DNA of 61,614 nucleotides, counting the filler. It is 9 parts of 9 records of this genome, joined end to end, with 100 filler letters (N's around TTAATTAATTAA, not from the genome) between each part and the next. Parts side by side here need not be neighbours in the genome. Positions count along the whole stretch, not along the records: positions 32,745 to 38,571 come from SRR31147125_164490; positions 38,672 to 48,975 come from SRR31147125_164535; 7 more parts are not named here. One strand, 5' to 3'. The translations under genes and the position numbers were made by a program. Below are positions 32,745 to 42,979 of this stretch, one piece after another (position 1 is the stretch's first letter; the number at the start of each line of letters is the position of its first letter). The notes beneath the pieces were generated by a model. That model searched no databases and was not told where the DNA came from. It saw only the letters and a list, made by a program, of their open reading frames with translations.

Positions 32745-34361
32745 AATAAGTTAAAATCAATTTTCATTATATTTCTATCAGCACTTGTATTAACATCTTG
32801 TGTTGATGATTTGGACGTTACCCCAAAAGATCCGGATGTAATTATGGCCGGTAATCTTGGCGACGATCCAGTGTACATGCAACAAGTTCTAGGTAAAATT
32901 TATGCCAGTTTCATTATTTCCGGACAAGGTCCTGGTGACGACAAAGGGCCAGATATTAGTGCTTCAGACGATAACTTTTTTACTACCATGCGGGCACTTT
33001 GGAACCTTCAGGAAATTACAACTGACGAAGCCATTTGCGGATGGGGCGATATTGGTATTGCAGATTTAAATACACAAACCTGGAGCCCAAGTAATCAATT
33101 CCTTACTGCACTTTACCAACGTTTAGGATTAAGTATTACTTATGCCAACGACTTTATTAGGTTAACAGCAGGCGACGACGATCCAGAAGTTCTTCAGTAC
33201 AACGCCGAAGCTCGTTTTTTAAGAGCTTTAGCTTACTACTGGTTTATGGATTTATTCGGAAATCCTCCTTTTACAACTGAAGAAGATGGAGTTGGAAAAT
33301 TCTATCCTGAACAAATTCAACGTGCCGAGTTATTCGACTATATTGTTTCTGAACTGAAGGAGATTGAAAACATTCTACCGGATGCGGGAACCTACTCTAC
33401 ACAAGCCGATAAAGGTGCTGCATGGATGCTATTGGCCCGTGTTTATTTGAATGCCGAAGTTTATACCGGAACCACACATTGGGATGATTGTAAAACGTAT
33501 TGCGACAAAGTAATTAACAGCGGTGCTTATGCACTAAACGACGATTACCGTCACAATTTTACTGCAGATAACCATTACGGAGCCAATTCTGAAATGATTT
33601 TTGCCTGGGAACAAGATGGTATTAATACACAAGGTGCTGTTGGAACTACTTTTATTATTGAGTCGTGTAGCGATGCTACCTATATCAGGGCTGAAGATTA
33701 CCACGGATTAACATCGAACACCAACTGGAACGGTAACCGCGCCCGCAAAGATTTCATGAATATTTTGGTAGACACCTTAGCTACTTACGGCGGACCAATT
33801 GACTTAACCGACGTTGAGTTTTCGCAAGCCAAAGACAAACGTGTATTTATGAAAATGAAAAGAAGCATTGATATCCCAAGTGCATCATCAAGTGGCGACT
33901 ATGGGATTGGAGTTTATAAATTTACAGCAAAAAATGCCGACGGTTCCGAAGCTGCAAATTATAACGCAGAGTTTGCCTCTACCGATTTCCCGGTTTTCCG
34001 TTTAGCTGATGCTTACTTAATGCGGGCAGAATCGAATTTTAATATGAGCGATGCAAACAGTGCTGTTGCCGACATTAATATAATTAGAGAGCGTGCTTAT
34101 GAAAATACCGATGGTAACATTACTGCCAGCGAACTAACATCTGATTTTATACTTGACGAACGTGCACGTGAATTCTACTACGAAGCACAACGACGCACAG
34201 ATTTGATTCGCTTCGGACAATTTACAAGCGGCTCGTACAACTGGCAATGGAAAGGTGGCGTATTTGAAGGAGTTGCTACCAGCAGCCACTTAAATTTATT
34301 CCCAATTCCGGGCGATGAGGTTGCAGCCAATAGTAACATTCTACAAAACACTGGTTATTAA
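32745..34361 (+). CDS. susD: RagB/SusD family lipoprotein (start just off the contig edge)
   Basis: The frame opens NKLKSIFIIFLSALVLTS-C (lipobox); AEARFLRALAYYWFMDLFGN, FRLADAYLMRAE, ILDERAREFYYE...RRTDLIRFG. Confidence 0.95.
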   Translation, partial: NKLKSIFIIFLSALVLTSCVDDLDVTPKDPDVIMAGNLGDDPVYMQQVLGKIYASFIISGQGPGDDKGPDISASDDNFFTTMRALWNLQEITTDEAICGWGDIGIADLNTQTWSPSNQFLTALYQRLGLSITYANDFIRLTAGDDDPEVLQYNAEARFLRALAYYWFMDLFGNPPFTTEEDGVGKFYPEQIQRAELFDYIVSELKEIENILPDAGTYSTQADKGAAWMLLARVYLNAEVYTGTTHWDDCKTYCDKVINSGAYALNDDYRHNFTADNHYGANSEMIFAWEQDGINTQGAVGTTFIIESCSDATYIRAEDYHGLTSNTNWNGNRARKDFMNILVDTLATYGGPIDLTDVEFSQAKDKRVFMKMKRSIDIPSASSSGDYGIGVYKFTAKNADGSEAANYNAEFASTDFPVFRLADAYLMRAESNFNMSDANSAVADINIIRERAYENTDGNITASELTSDFILDERAREFYYEAQRRTDLIRFGQFTSGSYNWQWKGGVFEGVATSSHLNLFPIPGDEVAANSNILQNTGY

Positions 34362-34380
34362 TTTTAAAGTGCAATAAGAA

Positions 34381-35421
34381 ATGAAAAAATTAATATATAT
34401 AACATTCATTGGGTTACTGGGATTGCTTTATTCCTGCGAAAAGGATGGCGATCAAATATTTCTTGATAATCCCGTTTCCCCAACAATTGTTTCAATGCCA
34501 GATTTAACATTGGAAAGAAACAATGGTACTGAGATTCTGGAGTTTGTAGGAACTCCGGTTGATGCCGGATTTACGGCATCTGCCAAATATTTTCTTGAAG
34601 CCTGCGCTGCTGGAGATAATTTTAACGATGTAGTTTCTATCCTTTCACAGATTGAGGCGACTTCATTCAAAATTTCGGTGAGCGATTTAAATGGGCTTTT
34701 ACTAAAAAAATTCCCTGCCGATGAAGTTTCATCTCTCGATTTCAGAATTCGTGCGCAACTGGTAGTTGATGCCGGTACCGGTGCTCCTGGTGCTGCCGAC
34801 GATAGTTTCGAGTATAACTCTGAAACACAAAATGCAAGCGTTACACTGTATGGCTTACCTCGTTTAGACATTCTAAATTCGGGTATCGATCAGAAAATAG
34901 AATCGGCTTTAGGTAACGGCGAATATTTTGGTTATGTGAAGCTTGACGAGACCATGTCATTCAATTTATACGATCCTGATAATGCGGTTACTTACGGCGG
35001 AAGCGATGGTACACTAACTGTAGATGGTGCTGCAATTGCTCCGATTTCGACAGGATGGCACCAGTTATCAGCCAACACAAACGACAATACTTATGAATTG
35101 TTAGATTTCAGAATTGGTTTAATTGGAGATGCCACACCAAACGGTTGGGATGCACCAGACCAAAAAATGGAATACAATGCACAAACCGGACTTTGGAGCA
35201 TTACTGTTGACCTTGTTTCCGGAACAGTAAAATTCAGGGTAAACGACGACTGGAGTGGTTCTGTTAACCTCGGACTTGGCGATGACGATAATCCTGAGTA
35301 TACATTAGACAACCTTTGGAACAGTGGAAGTAGCCAAAACATTCCTATTTCGGAAGCCGGAAACTACACAATAACACTTTCTATTGGAAGTACATACAGT
35401 GCAACAATTACTAAAAACTAG
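34381..35421 (+). CDS. SusE-like outer-membrane lipoprotein
   Basis: Lipobox LYSC; SusE-type N-domain; C-terminal starch-binding module GLIGDATPNGWD...KFRVNDDW. Confidence 0.85.
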   Translation: MKKLIYITFIGLLGLLYSCEKDGDQIFLDNPVSPTIVSMPDLTLERNNGTEILEFVGTPVDAGFTASAKYFLEACAAGDNFNDVVSILSQIEATSFKISVSDLNGLLLKKFPADEVSSLDFRIRAQLVVDAGTGAPGAADDSFEYNSETQNASVTLYGLPRLDILNSGIDQKIESALGNGEYFGYVKLDETMSFNLYDPDNAVTYGGSDGTLTVDGAAIAPISTGWHQLSANTNDNTYELLDFRIGLIGDATPNGWDAPDQKMEYNAQTGLWSITVDLVSGTVKFRVNDDWSGSVNLGLGDDDNPEYTLDNLWNSGSSQNIPISEAGNYTITLSIGSTYSATITKN

Positions 35422-35425
35422 TGAG

Positions 35426-37267
35426 ATGAAAAGAAATTCAATATTTAAAATATTTGCTTTCCTTATTACGGCAACGGTAATTTTCGCTGCCTGTACCGAA
35501 GAAACAGCAGACGTTAGGCTTGAGCCAACACTGGCAACGGCAAATACGCTGAATGTTACTTCCGATTCGGCTACTGTTGTAGGTTATGTAATTGCCGAAG
35601 GAGATGGATTTACTGAACGTGGAGTTTGCTACAACACATCGGCAACGCCAACAATTGACAACAGCAAAACCGCTTATACCGACGACACAGAAAATGCAAC
35701 TTTCCACGTAAAATTATCTGGTCTGGATTATGCGACTAAGTATTATGCACGTGCTTATGCAACAGGAGAAGCCGGAACTATTTATGGCGAAGAAGTTTCT
35801 TTTACCACTTTACCTGTTGTTCCTTTCTTAACAACAGCAGCAATTACCGAAATAACAGGAAATTCGGCTTTCGGTGGTGGAGAAGTTACAGGTTCAGGAG
35901 GTGCCGATGTTTCGGTTTATGGTATTGTTTTCGGTACAGAAACCAATCCAACAGTAGATGGAAACAAAACTACCGATGGTGAAGGTGTTGGGGCTTTCGA
36001 AAGTACTCTTTCAGAATTAAAAGGTAACACGATGTACTATGTGCGCGCTTATGCAACAAACAGCGCGGGTACCGGTTACGGACCAGAGGTTTCGTTTACC
36101 ACTTTAGTTGATTTACCAAAAGTAACTACAACTGCTGTTACCGAAATTACCAAAATAAGTGCTGTTTCGGGTGGAGAAGTTACCGATAACGGAGGAGCCG
36201 ATATTACTGCTCAAGGTTTGGTTTGGGGCTTAAATTCGGAACCAACAACTACCGATAATGTTATTGATGGTGGTTTAGAAGAAGGAGCATTTGTTAGCAA
36301 TTTAACAGAGCTTGAGAAATACACAACATACTACGTTCGTGCTTTTGCAACCAACAGTGCAGGTACCGCTTACGGCGAAAACATTGAGTTTACTACCCTT
36401 GCAGATATTCTTACATGGTATTTACCCGGAGATTATGTGGAAGCTAGTTATCCTGGATCTGGTTTAAGCAATTGGTCGCCTGAGCATTCACCATATGTTA
36501 TGAGTACCATTGAAAATGGAACAAGTTTGGAAGGTTATATATACTTTGCCAACGACAACAACCAGTGGAAATTTGCCACGCAGCCAAACTGGGATGGCCC
36601 GAATTATGGCGATGCAGGTGGTGGAGTGTTAGACGCAGGTGCCGATAACATTAATTCTCCGCAAGGATTCTATAAAATTAACGCCGATGCAACCGCATTA
36701 ACTTATACAGCTATTGCACAAGTTTGGGGTGTTATTGGTGATGCAACTCCAATGAGCTGGGACGACGAAACGCCACTTGTTTATAATCCTGAAGCCAAGA
36801 GATGGAGAGGCGCAGTACATCTTACCGCAAATAGTTTCAAATTCCGTGCAAACCACGACTGGGGATTCAACTATGGTAGCAATGCTGCTGACGGAACACT
36901 TCAGCCAGGTGGCGAAAATATTTCTGTTGCCGTTGAAGCCGACTATTCTATCGAACTTGATTTCAGCACGCCAAATGAGTACAAATACAGCTTTAACTGC
37001 TGGGGATTAATTGGCGATGCAACTCCGGGTGGATGGAGCGACGATACCGATATGACCTGGGATGCCGACAATGGCGTATTTACAGTTACACTCAACCTTA
37101 CTGCCGCTTCTTTTAAATTCCGTGCCAACAATGGTTGGGATATAAACTATGGTGGCGACCTTGGTGCTCTTTCTCCTGGTGGCGACAATATATCTGTTGC
37201 TGAAGCAGGAAACTACACCATTACTTTCGATCCTTGGGGATTGACAGCTACAGTTACTAAAAATTAG
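35426..37267 (+). CDS. SusF/SusE-like lipoprotein with three FN3-like repeats and three starch-binding modules
   Basis: Lipobox FAAC; three repeats ending YY(A/V)RA(Y/F)AT...YG..(V/I).FTTL; then WGVIGDATP/WGLIGDATP...FKFRAN..W..NYG modules. Confidence 0.85.
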   Translation: MKRNSIFKIFAFLITATVIFAACTEETADVRLEPTLATANTLNVTSDSATVVGYVIAEGDGFTERGVCYNTSATPTIDNSKTAYTDDTENATFHVKLSGLDYATKYYARAYATGEAGTIYGEEVSFTTLPVVPFLTTAAITEITGNSAFGGGEVTGSGGADVSVYGIVFGTETNPTVDGNKTTDGEGVGAFESTLSELKGNTMYYVRAYATNSAGTGYGPEVSFTTLVDLPKVTTTAVTEITKISAVSGGEVTDNGGADITAQGLVWGLNSEPTTTDNVIDGGLEEGAFVSNLTELEKYTTYYVRAFATNSAGTAYGENIEFTTLADILTWYLPGDYVEASYPGSGLSNWSPEHSPYVMSTIENGTSLEGYIYFANDNNQWKFATQPNWDGPNYGDAGGGVLDAGADNINSPQGFYKINADATALTYTAIAQVWGVIGDATPMSWDDETPLVYNPEAKRWRGAVHLTANSFKFRANHDWGFNYGSNAADGTLQPGGENISVAVEADYSIELDFSTPNEYKYSFNCWGLIGDATPGGWSDDTDMTWDADNGVFTVTLNLTAASFKFRANNGWDINYGGDLGALSPGGDNISVAEAGNYTITFDPWGLTATVTKN

Positions 37268-37282
37268 AAGTTAAACTGATAT

Positions 37283-37328
37283 AAAAAAGCAGTAAAGATT
37301 GGCTACGCCTTTCGATACTGCTTTTTTT
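37283..37328 (+). terminator. Probable intrinsic terminator after susF-like gene
   Basis: AAAAAAGCAGTA ... TACTGCTTTTTTT inverted repeat ending in a U-tract. Confidence 0.65.
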
Positions 37329-37376
37329 CTATTGGCATTTTTCGAATAATACCAATGCCCAGCGTTCTGAAAATTT

Positions 37377-37490
37377 TGATGCCAGCAGCATCATATGTTT
37401 ATAGAAATAATGTAACCATTCGACTCCGGCTGGAGTCGTACATCATATTCAATACGAATATTCTATACACATGTAAATCCTCTGGATTTA
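37377..37490. repeat. REP/REPIN-like three-hairpin intergenic element
   Basis: Hairpins TGATGC-CAGCA-GCATCA, CGACTCC-GGCT-GGAGTCG and TAAATCC-TCT-GGATTTA, with inverted arms ATGTTTATAGAA / TTCTATACACAT. Confidence 0.55.
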
Positions 37491-37520
37491 ATCTTTAATA
37501 TCTTGTAAAAAATATAAGCC

Positions 37521-38571
37521 ATGAAACATTTTAAACTACTTTCTTTCCTAACAGCCTGCTTATTTGCCTTAAACCTTTCAGCGCAAATAACAACCGAGCC
37601 TCAACTTCCGGTGGCAGGAGAAAAAGTTACCATCACTTTCAATTCGTCGGAAGAAAGTAGCCTGGGGTATTTCACCGGTGATTTATATGCACATACCGGC
37701 GTAACTATTGATGGAAAAGGACAATGGCAAAATGTGATTGGCAACTGGGGAGAAAACGACATACAACCCAAACTTACACACAAAGGTGAAGGAGTTTACG
37801 AACTGGAAATTACACCTGACATTAATACTTTTTACAGCGTTACTTCGGGAGAGAAGGTTACCGAGATTTGTTTTGTTTTCCGCTCGGCAGATAACAGTAA
37901 ACAAACCGGAGATTTGTTTGTAAATGTATACGAAGACGGTCTTGTGGTTGAAATAACAGAACCGGAGAACAATGCAATTTTTACTGTTTCCGACACGGCG
38001 AATATTTCAGCAACCGCATCGCTTGATGCAGATTTAAAACTTTTGTTAGACGAAAATTTACTAAACCAAACAACCGGAACTTCCATATCTTCAGAATATA
38101 TTTTCAGCGAAAGTGGCGACCACTGGATTATTGCCGAAGCCACAGCCGATTCAACTGTTCGCGACTCGGTACTTGTAACTGTTCGCCCCGAAATTGCAGA
38201 AGAAACCAAACCCGAAACCTATAAAAAAGGAATTAACTACACCTCCGAAACTTCGGCAGCACTTGTTCTTTGGGCGCCGCTAAAAGAATTTGTTTATGTA
38301 ATCGGTGATTTTAACAACTGGGAAGTATCGACTGATTACCTTATGAAACAAGATGGCGACTATTTCTGGCTCGACATTACCGGACTTGAAGCCGGCGAAG
38401 AATACGCTTTTCAATACTACATTGACGGCCAAATTAAGATTGCCGATCCCTACACCGAAAAAACACTCGATCCCTGGAATGACGAATACATCGACGAAGA
38501 AACCTACCCCAATCTAAAAGCTTATCCTGAAGAAAAAACAGAAAATATTGTATCGGTGTTACAAACTAATA
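37521..38571 (+). CDS. Secreted alpha-amylase (GH13)-type protein, N-terminal part
   Basis: Signal peptide, LYAHTGV...WQNVIGNW module, CBM48-like LWAPLKEFVYVIGDFNNW, ADPYTEK. Catalytic domain is beyond the contig end. Confidence 0.8.
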
Positions 38572-38671
38572 NNNNNNNNNNNNNNNNNNNNNNNNNNNNN
38601 NNNNNNNNNNNNNNNTTAATTAATTAANNNNNNNNNNNNNNNNNNNNNNNNNNNNNNNNNNNNNNNNNNNN

Positions 38672-39905
38672 AAAATGACTTCAGCGAACCCGGATACCTC
38701 ATTTCCAACCCGCCGTATGGTGAGCGTCTTTCAGACAAGCAGTCGGTAAATTATTTGTATCGATTTCTGGGTGAGCGTTTCCAGAATGATTTTCAGGGAT
38801 GGCGGGTGACGATGTTCACCGCCGCTCCCGATTTTGCGGATCAGTTCAGGATCGACTCGATACAGCGTGTCAAGATATTCAACGGACCGCTCCCGTGTCG
38901 CCTCATCAGCGGCAAGCCGAAAGTGATCCCCGCCAGTCCGGAGAACTCCCGTCGGCAGCTGCGACCGGGGGAACGTGCTCCCGATAATGAGCTGGCCAAC
39001 CGGATCGCGAAGAACTTCAAACAGATCACGCCCCAGATAACGAAACATAACCTGGAGTGCTACCGGCTGTACGATCGCGACCTGCCGCAGTACAACGTCA
39101 GCATCGACCTGCTAGGCTCCTCGGTGCTGATCTCGGAACACCCGGCGTCGAGCAAAGTGGATAAGAAGGCCGCCGCCGAGCGATTCAGTCATGCAACCTC
39201 CAGCGTTCGTTCACTGTTCGGGATTTCCAGAGACCAGGTTATCGTCAGCCGCAGCGTATCCGGTGACAGGAGGAAGGCGAAAACACAGGGTGTCGAGGTG
39301 CGGGAGGGCGGGTATACGTTACTGGTCGAGGTGCCGCATGCCCCCACCGGCGGGTTTGCGGTCGACCAGGTGCTGGTCAGGCGGCATATCTCCGACAACA
39401 TCTACCGTTTGCGCTTCCTCTCTCTTTCGACAGCTCCGGTTTTGCCACGGTTGCGGCGGTATTCGGCGGTGCCGCGATGACCACGACAATCGGCGGGAGT
39501 GTGACTGATAACGCTTCGATCAACATGAACTTCAACCGGAACGGCATGGCCCCGGAGAAGAACCGGATTGTCAGAAAACCGCCCGTCCCTTGGCTCCGGG
39601 AGAACCGGCAGCTCTACGATCTCGTGTATCTGAATCCACGCCAGAAGGTCTACTCGAGGGGCAAGTCGACGGAGATTGACCTGGCAAGCGACCTGCCGGT
39701 CATGATCGAGCTGGCGGTGCAGAGTCTGGCACCGGGCGGCAGCGTGCTCTACTCCACGATGATCCCGTCGCTCGGTCTCACCCCGGTCATTAAAAAATTA
39801 TACCGGTGTACTGATCTCAGCCGGGACCTGGGCGGTGCGCTCCTGCCGAAACGCAGGCAGCAGTTCCAGTGCTGGCGGATCGAACACGGTGAAGAGTCCG
39901 GGTAA
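38672..39905 (+). CDS. rlmKL: Bifunctional 23S rRNA methyltransferase RlmKL-like (5' truncated; frameshift ~39426; divergent K domain)
   Basis: LISNPPYGERL (RlmL domain), FNGPLPC linker, LANRIAKN and CYRLYDRDLPQYNVSID (start of the RlmK region). Confidence 0.85.
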
Positions 39906-40075
39906 GTCTCGGGTAAAATAGTTTTGATTTTCTTCAGCCTCGTGTGATAATAACCAGTCACGCCCGGATCATTCCATCGACACGGATATCTGGTGTGATT
40001 CGGCAAACTATAAACCAGGTAACCTCTGTTCCAGGAATTGCGGATGGTTTCGGCATATCCTGCAGACCAAAAATC

Positions 40076-41116
40076 ATGGCTTCATTTTCACATGTCTGTC
40101 TTCACACGTTCGGCTACGAGCTGCCTCCGAACCGACTCACTTCAGAGGATATAGAAAAGCGACTCACTCCCCTTTATCAGCGGCTCAAACTGCCGGAAGG
40201 CAGGTTGGAGATGATGAGCGGTATCCGGGAGCGGCGGCTGTGGGAACCAGGCACGCTGCCCAGCCAGGCGGCTTCGAAGGCGGGCAAAAATACGATCGAT
40301 GCCGCCGGTGTTGACCCGGGCGACGTACAGTGCCTGATTTTCTCGTCCGTTTCACGGGATATGATGGAGCCGGCCACCGCATCATTCGTGCACCATGCCC
40401 TCGGGCTTCCGCCCAACTGCCTGGTGTTCGATGTGTCCAACGCGTGCCTCGGTTTTCTTGACGGCCTGGTGCTGCTCGGCAACATGATCGAGCTGGGGCA
40501 GGTGGAAAACGGGCTGGTCGTCTCCGGTGAGACAGCCGAGGAACTCGTCGAATCAACTATCACGAACCTGCTCGCTGACCCGGGTGTGACGAGGAAGTCA
40601 ATCAAGTCGGCGTTCGCATCCTTGACCATCGGGTCCGGTGCGGTGGGTGCATTTGTTTGCCGCAGCTCTGATGAGACGAAGGACAGGCCGCGGCTGACCC
40701 ATGCATCCTGGCGGGCCAATACAAGGTATTCAGATCTCTGCCTTGGCGGGCAGTCGGCACCGGCGACGACGTTGATGGCCACCGACTCGGAAGAGTTGCT
40801 GGTTCAGGGGATTGAGACCGCCCGTGATACCTGGGAGGTGTTTTCGGCGGACAGCGGCTGGAGCGATTCGGATATCGACTGTTATTTCTGCCACCAGGTT
40901 GGCAGCGCCCATGCCCGCCTGCTTTTTCAGCGGCTCGGGCTTACCCCGGCGAAAAACTATGAAACTCTGGCATTTCTGGGCAATGTCGGTTCCGTCTCGG
41001 CACCGATAACGACGGCCATGGCAATCGAGCAGAAGCGGTTTGCACGGAACATGAAAGGGGCAATGCTCGGCATCGGCTCGGGAATCAACTGCATGATGCT
41101 GGGGCTGGAATGGTGA
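40076..41116 (+). CDS. oleA: OleA-type 3-oxoacyl-ACP synthase III / acyl-CoA condensing enzyme
   Basis: MSGIRERRLW, SVSRDMMEPATA (Glu), FDVSNACLG (Cys), CHQVG (His), LGNVGS, LGIGSGINC. Confidence 0.8.
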   Translation: MASFSHVCLHTFGYELPPNRLTSEDIEKRLTPLYQRLKLPEGRLEMMSGIRERRLWEPGTLPSQAASKAGKNTIDAAGVDPGDVQCLIFSSVSRDMMEPATASFVHHALGLPPNCLVFDVSNACLGFLDGLVLLGNMIELGQVENGLVVSGETAEELVESTITNLLADPGVTRKSIKSAFASLTIGSGAVGAFVCRSSDETKDRPRLTHASWRANTRYSDLCLGGQSAPATTLMATDSEELLVQGIETARDTWEVFSADSGWSDSDIDCYFCHQVGSAHARLLFQRLGLTPAKNYETLAFLGNVGSVSAPITTAMAIEQKRFARNMKGAMLGIGSGINCMMLGLEW

Positions 41117-41126
41117 GGAGCTGGTG

Positions 41127-41696
41127 ATGAGAGACACCGTAACCGATGAATGTGGGGTGCGCCTGATCCGACTGGTCAGGGAAACGATCGGCCATAAGCT
41201 GGGACAGGTTGAAGAGGTAGATCAAAGTGGCTTGGACGACGAAGTCCTGAATCGTCACCTGGCGACCTTCGTCACCCTAAAAAAGGATAACAGGTTGAGA
41301 GGATGTATCGGGAATCTCGAGCCGGTCGGTCCGCTGGTCAAGTCAATCGCCGACAATGCGCAAAGCGCCGCGTTTCATGATCACCGTTTCTCACCACTCA
41401 GCCGGGAGGAGTTCGGCGATGTGGTTATCGATATTTCCATCCTGACCCGGCCGGAGCCGCTGTCCTACGAGGACGGCAATGATCTCGTCAAAAAGCTGCG
41501 CCCCGGTATTGACGGGGTCATCCTGCAAAAGGGCAGGGCGCGGGCGACCTTTCTCCCCCAGGTCTGGGATCAACTGCCTCATCCCCGGATGTTCCTGGAG
41601 CACCTCTGCCGCAAGGCCGGCCTGGCTCCGATTGCCTGGTGGGATCAACACCCGGAAATCCACATCTATCAGGTTCAGAGTTTTCACGAGGAATGA
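41127..41696 (+). CDS. AmmeMemoRadiSam system protein A (AMMECR1 domain)
   Basis: ATFVTL...LRGCIG, AAFHDHRF, ATFLPQVW, LCRKAGL. Confidence 0.92.
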   Translation: MRDTVTDECGVRLIRLVRETIGHKLGQVEEVDQSGLDDEVLNRHLATFVTLKKDNRLRGCIGNLEPVGPLVKSIADNAQSAAFHDHRFSPLSREEFGDVVIDISILTRPEPLSYEDGNDLVKKLRPGIDGVILQKGRARATFLPQVWDQLPHPRMFLEHLCRKAGLAPIAWWDQHPEIHIYQVQSFHEE

Positions 41697-41697
41697 C

Positions 41698-42318
41698 ATG
41701 GTACTGGTACTCAATACTGATCTGATCAGCCGGCTCGATGAATTGTACGATGATATGGAAATGGCTTACGATGACGTGGCCGCACAATTGAACCACACCT
41801 GCTCAGGGTGCCCGGATAATTGCTGTGACTCCTACTTTCTGCACCACACCTATATTGAGTGGGCATATCTGTGGTACGGAATCGACAACCTGGATGACGG
41901 GATCAGGGAACGGATTCTGACGCGGGCAGCGGAGTATGAGATCGAGTCCAGCCGACAGATAGGCAACGGGCAGCGGCCGAAGCTGATGTGCCCGCTTAAC
42001 GAGGGCGGCCGCTGTATGCTCTACAGGTATCGCCTCATGGTGTGCCGGACCCACGGTGTACCGGCATCGATGATCAGGCCGGATGGGCAGAAGCTGACGT
42101 TTCCCGGCTGTTTCAGGTGCCAGGAGCTGAGCGAGCGAACGGGGGCTGATGCTGGGGAGATTCCGGTAATGGAGCGCACCATTCTGCTGCGCCGACTGGT
42201 GCAGTTGGAGCAGGAATTTATGGGAGGGCGCCGGCACCTGGCGCCGAAAGTGAAACGGACTATTGCTTCGATGCTGGTCACGGGGCCGCCTGAGATTCCG
42301 CACTGTTCCGATTCTTAA
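41698..42318 (+). CDS. Cysteine-cluster protein (YkgJ/CxxCxxCC-like)
   Basis: CSGCPDNCC, CPLNEGGRCMLYRYRLMVCRTHG. Confidence 0.75.
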   Translation: MVLVLNTDLISRLDELYDDMEMAYDDVAAQLNHTCSGCPDNCCDSYFLHHTYIEWAYLWYGIDNLDDGIRERILTRAAEYEIESSRQIGNGQRPKLMCPLNEGGRCMLYRYRLMVCRTHGVPASMIRPDGQKLTFPGCFRCQELSERTGADAGEIPVMERTILLRRLVQLEQEFMGGRRHLAPKVKRTIASMLVTGPPEIPHCSDS

Positions 42319-42401
42319 TCACGGGAAGTAGGGGCCGTGAGCCGAATGATAACAGAAATAAGAGAAGTGGGTTACTAGAGAGAAGAGAGAGTGGGAGACG
42401 T

Positions 42402-42911
42402 ATGAAGGTAAAGGTGACAGGAAAACAGCCGAACTCAAAGGACTGCTTTGTCTGCGGGCTGGAAAACGAGTTTGGCCTGAAAAGCGATTTCTATCAGCTT
42501 GAAAACGGAGATCTACTCGCACGATTCAGACCGGCGAATGGGCACCAGGGGTACCCGGGCCGTCTGCACGGCGGGGTTTCTGCGGCCATCCTCGATGAAA
42601 CCATTGGCCGGGCGGTTATGGATCACCACAAGGATGGAATATGGGGGGTAACCCTCGATTTTTCGATGAAGTTCAGAAAGCCTGTGCCCCTGGACGGGGA
42701 GGTTATGGTCAGGGCCCGGATAACATCCCAGAACCGACGAACCTTCGAAGGCAGCGGTGAGATTGTTCTTGCGGACGGTTCGGTCGCGGTTGAAGGAAAG
42801 GGGCGGTACTTGAAGATGGAGCTCGGCAGGATAACGGATTTCGATTTCGGAGGGGAGCAGTGGGAGGTTGCGGAGCGCACCGACGACCCGCAGGAGTTCG
42901 ATCTCCACTAG
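42402..42911 (+). CDS. PaaI-family (hotdog) thioesterase
   Basis: CFVCGLENEFGL, QGYPGRLHGGVSAAILDE. Confidence 0.88.
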   Translation: MKVKVTGKQPNSKDCFVCGLENEFGLKSDFYQLENGDLLARFRPANGHQGYPGRLHGGVSAAILDETIGRAVMDHHKDGIWGVTLDFSMKFRKPVPLDGEVMVRARITSQNRRTFEGSGEIVLADGSVAVEGKGRYLKMELGRITDFDFGGEQWEVAERTDDPQEFDLH

Positions 42912-42979
42912 CCCCACCTATCTTCAGAAATGATTCTGTCCCCTAGTCTTTACAGAAAAATTAAATCTGTCTTCCGGCT

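Noticed and set aside
35500..36400. Repeated DNA segments as a CRISPR array or DGR template/variable repeats
   Set aside because: They are diverged protein-domain repeats inside one ORF. There are no identical repeats with unique spacers and no cas or reverse-transcriptase gene anywhere in the window.
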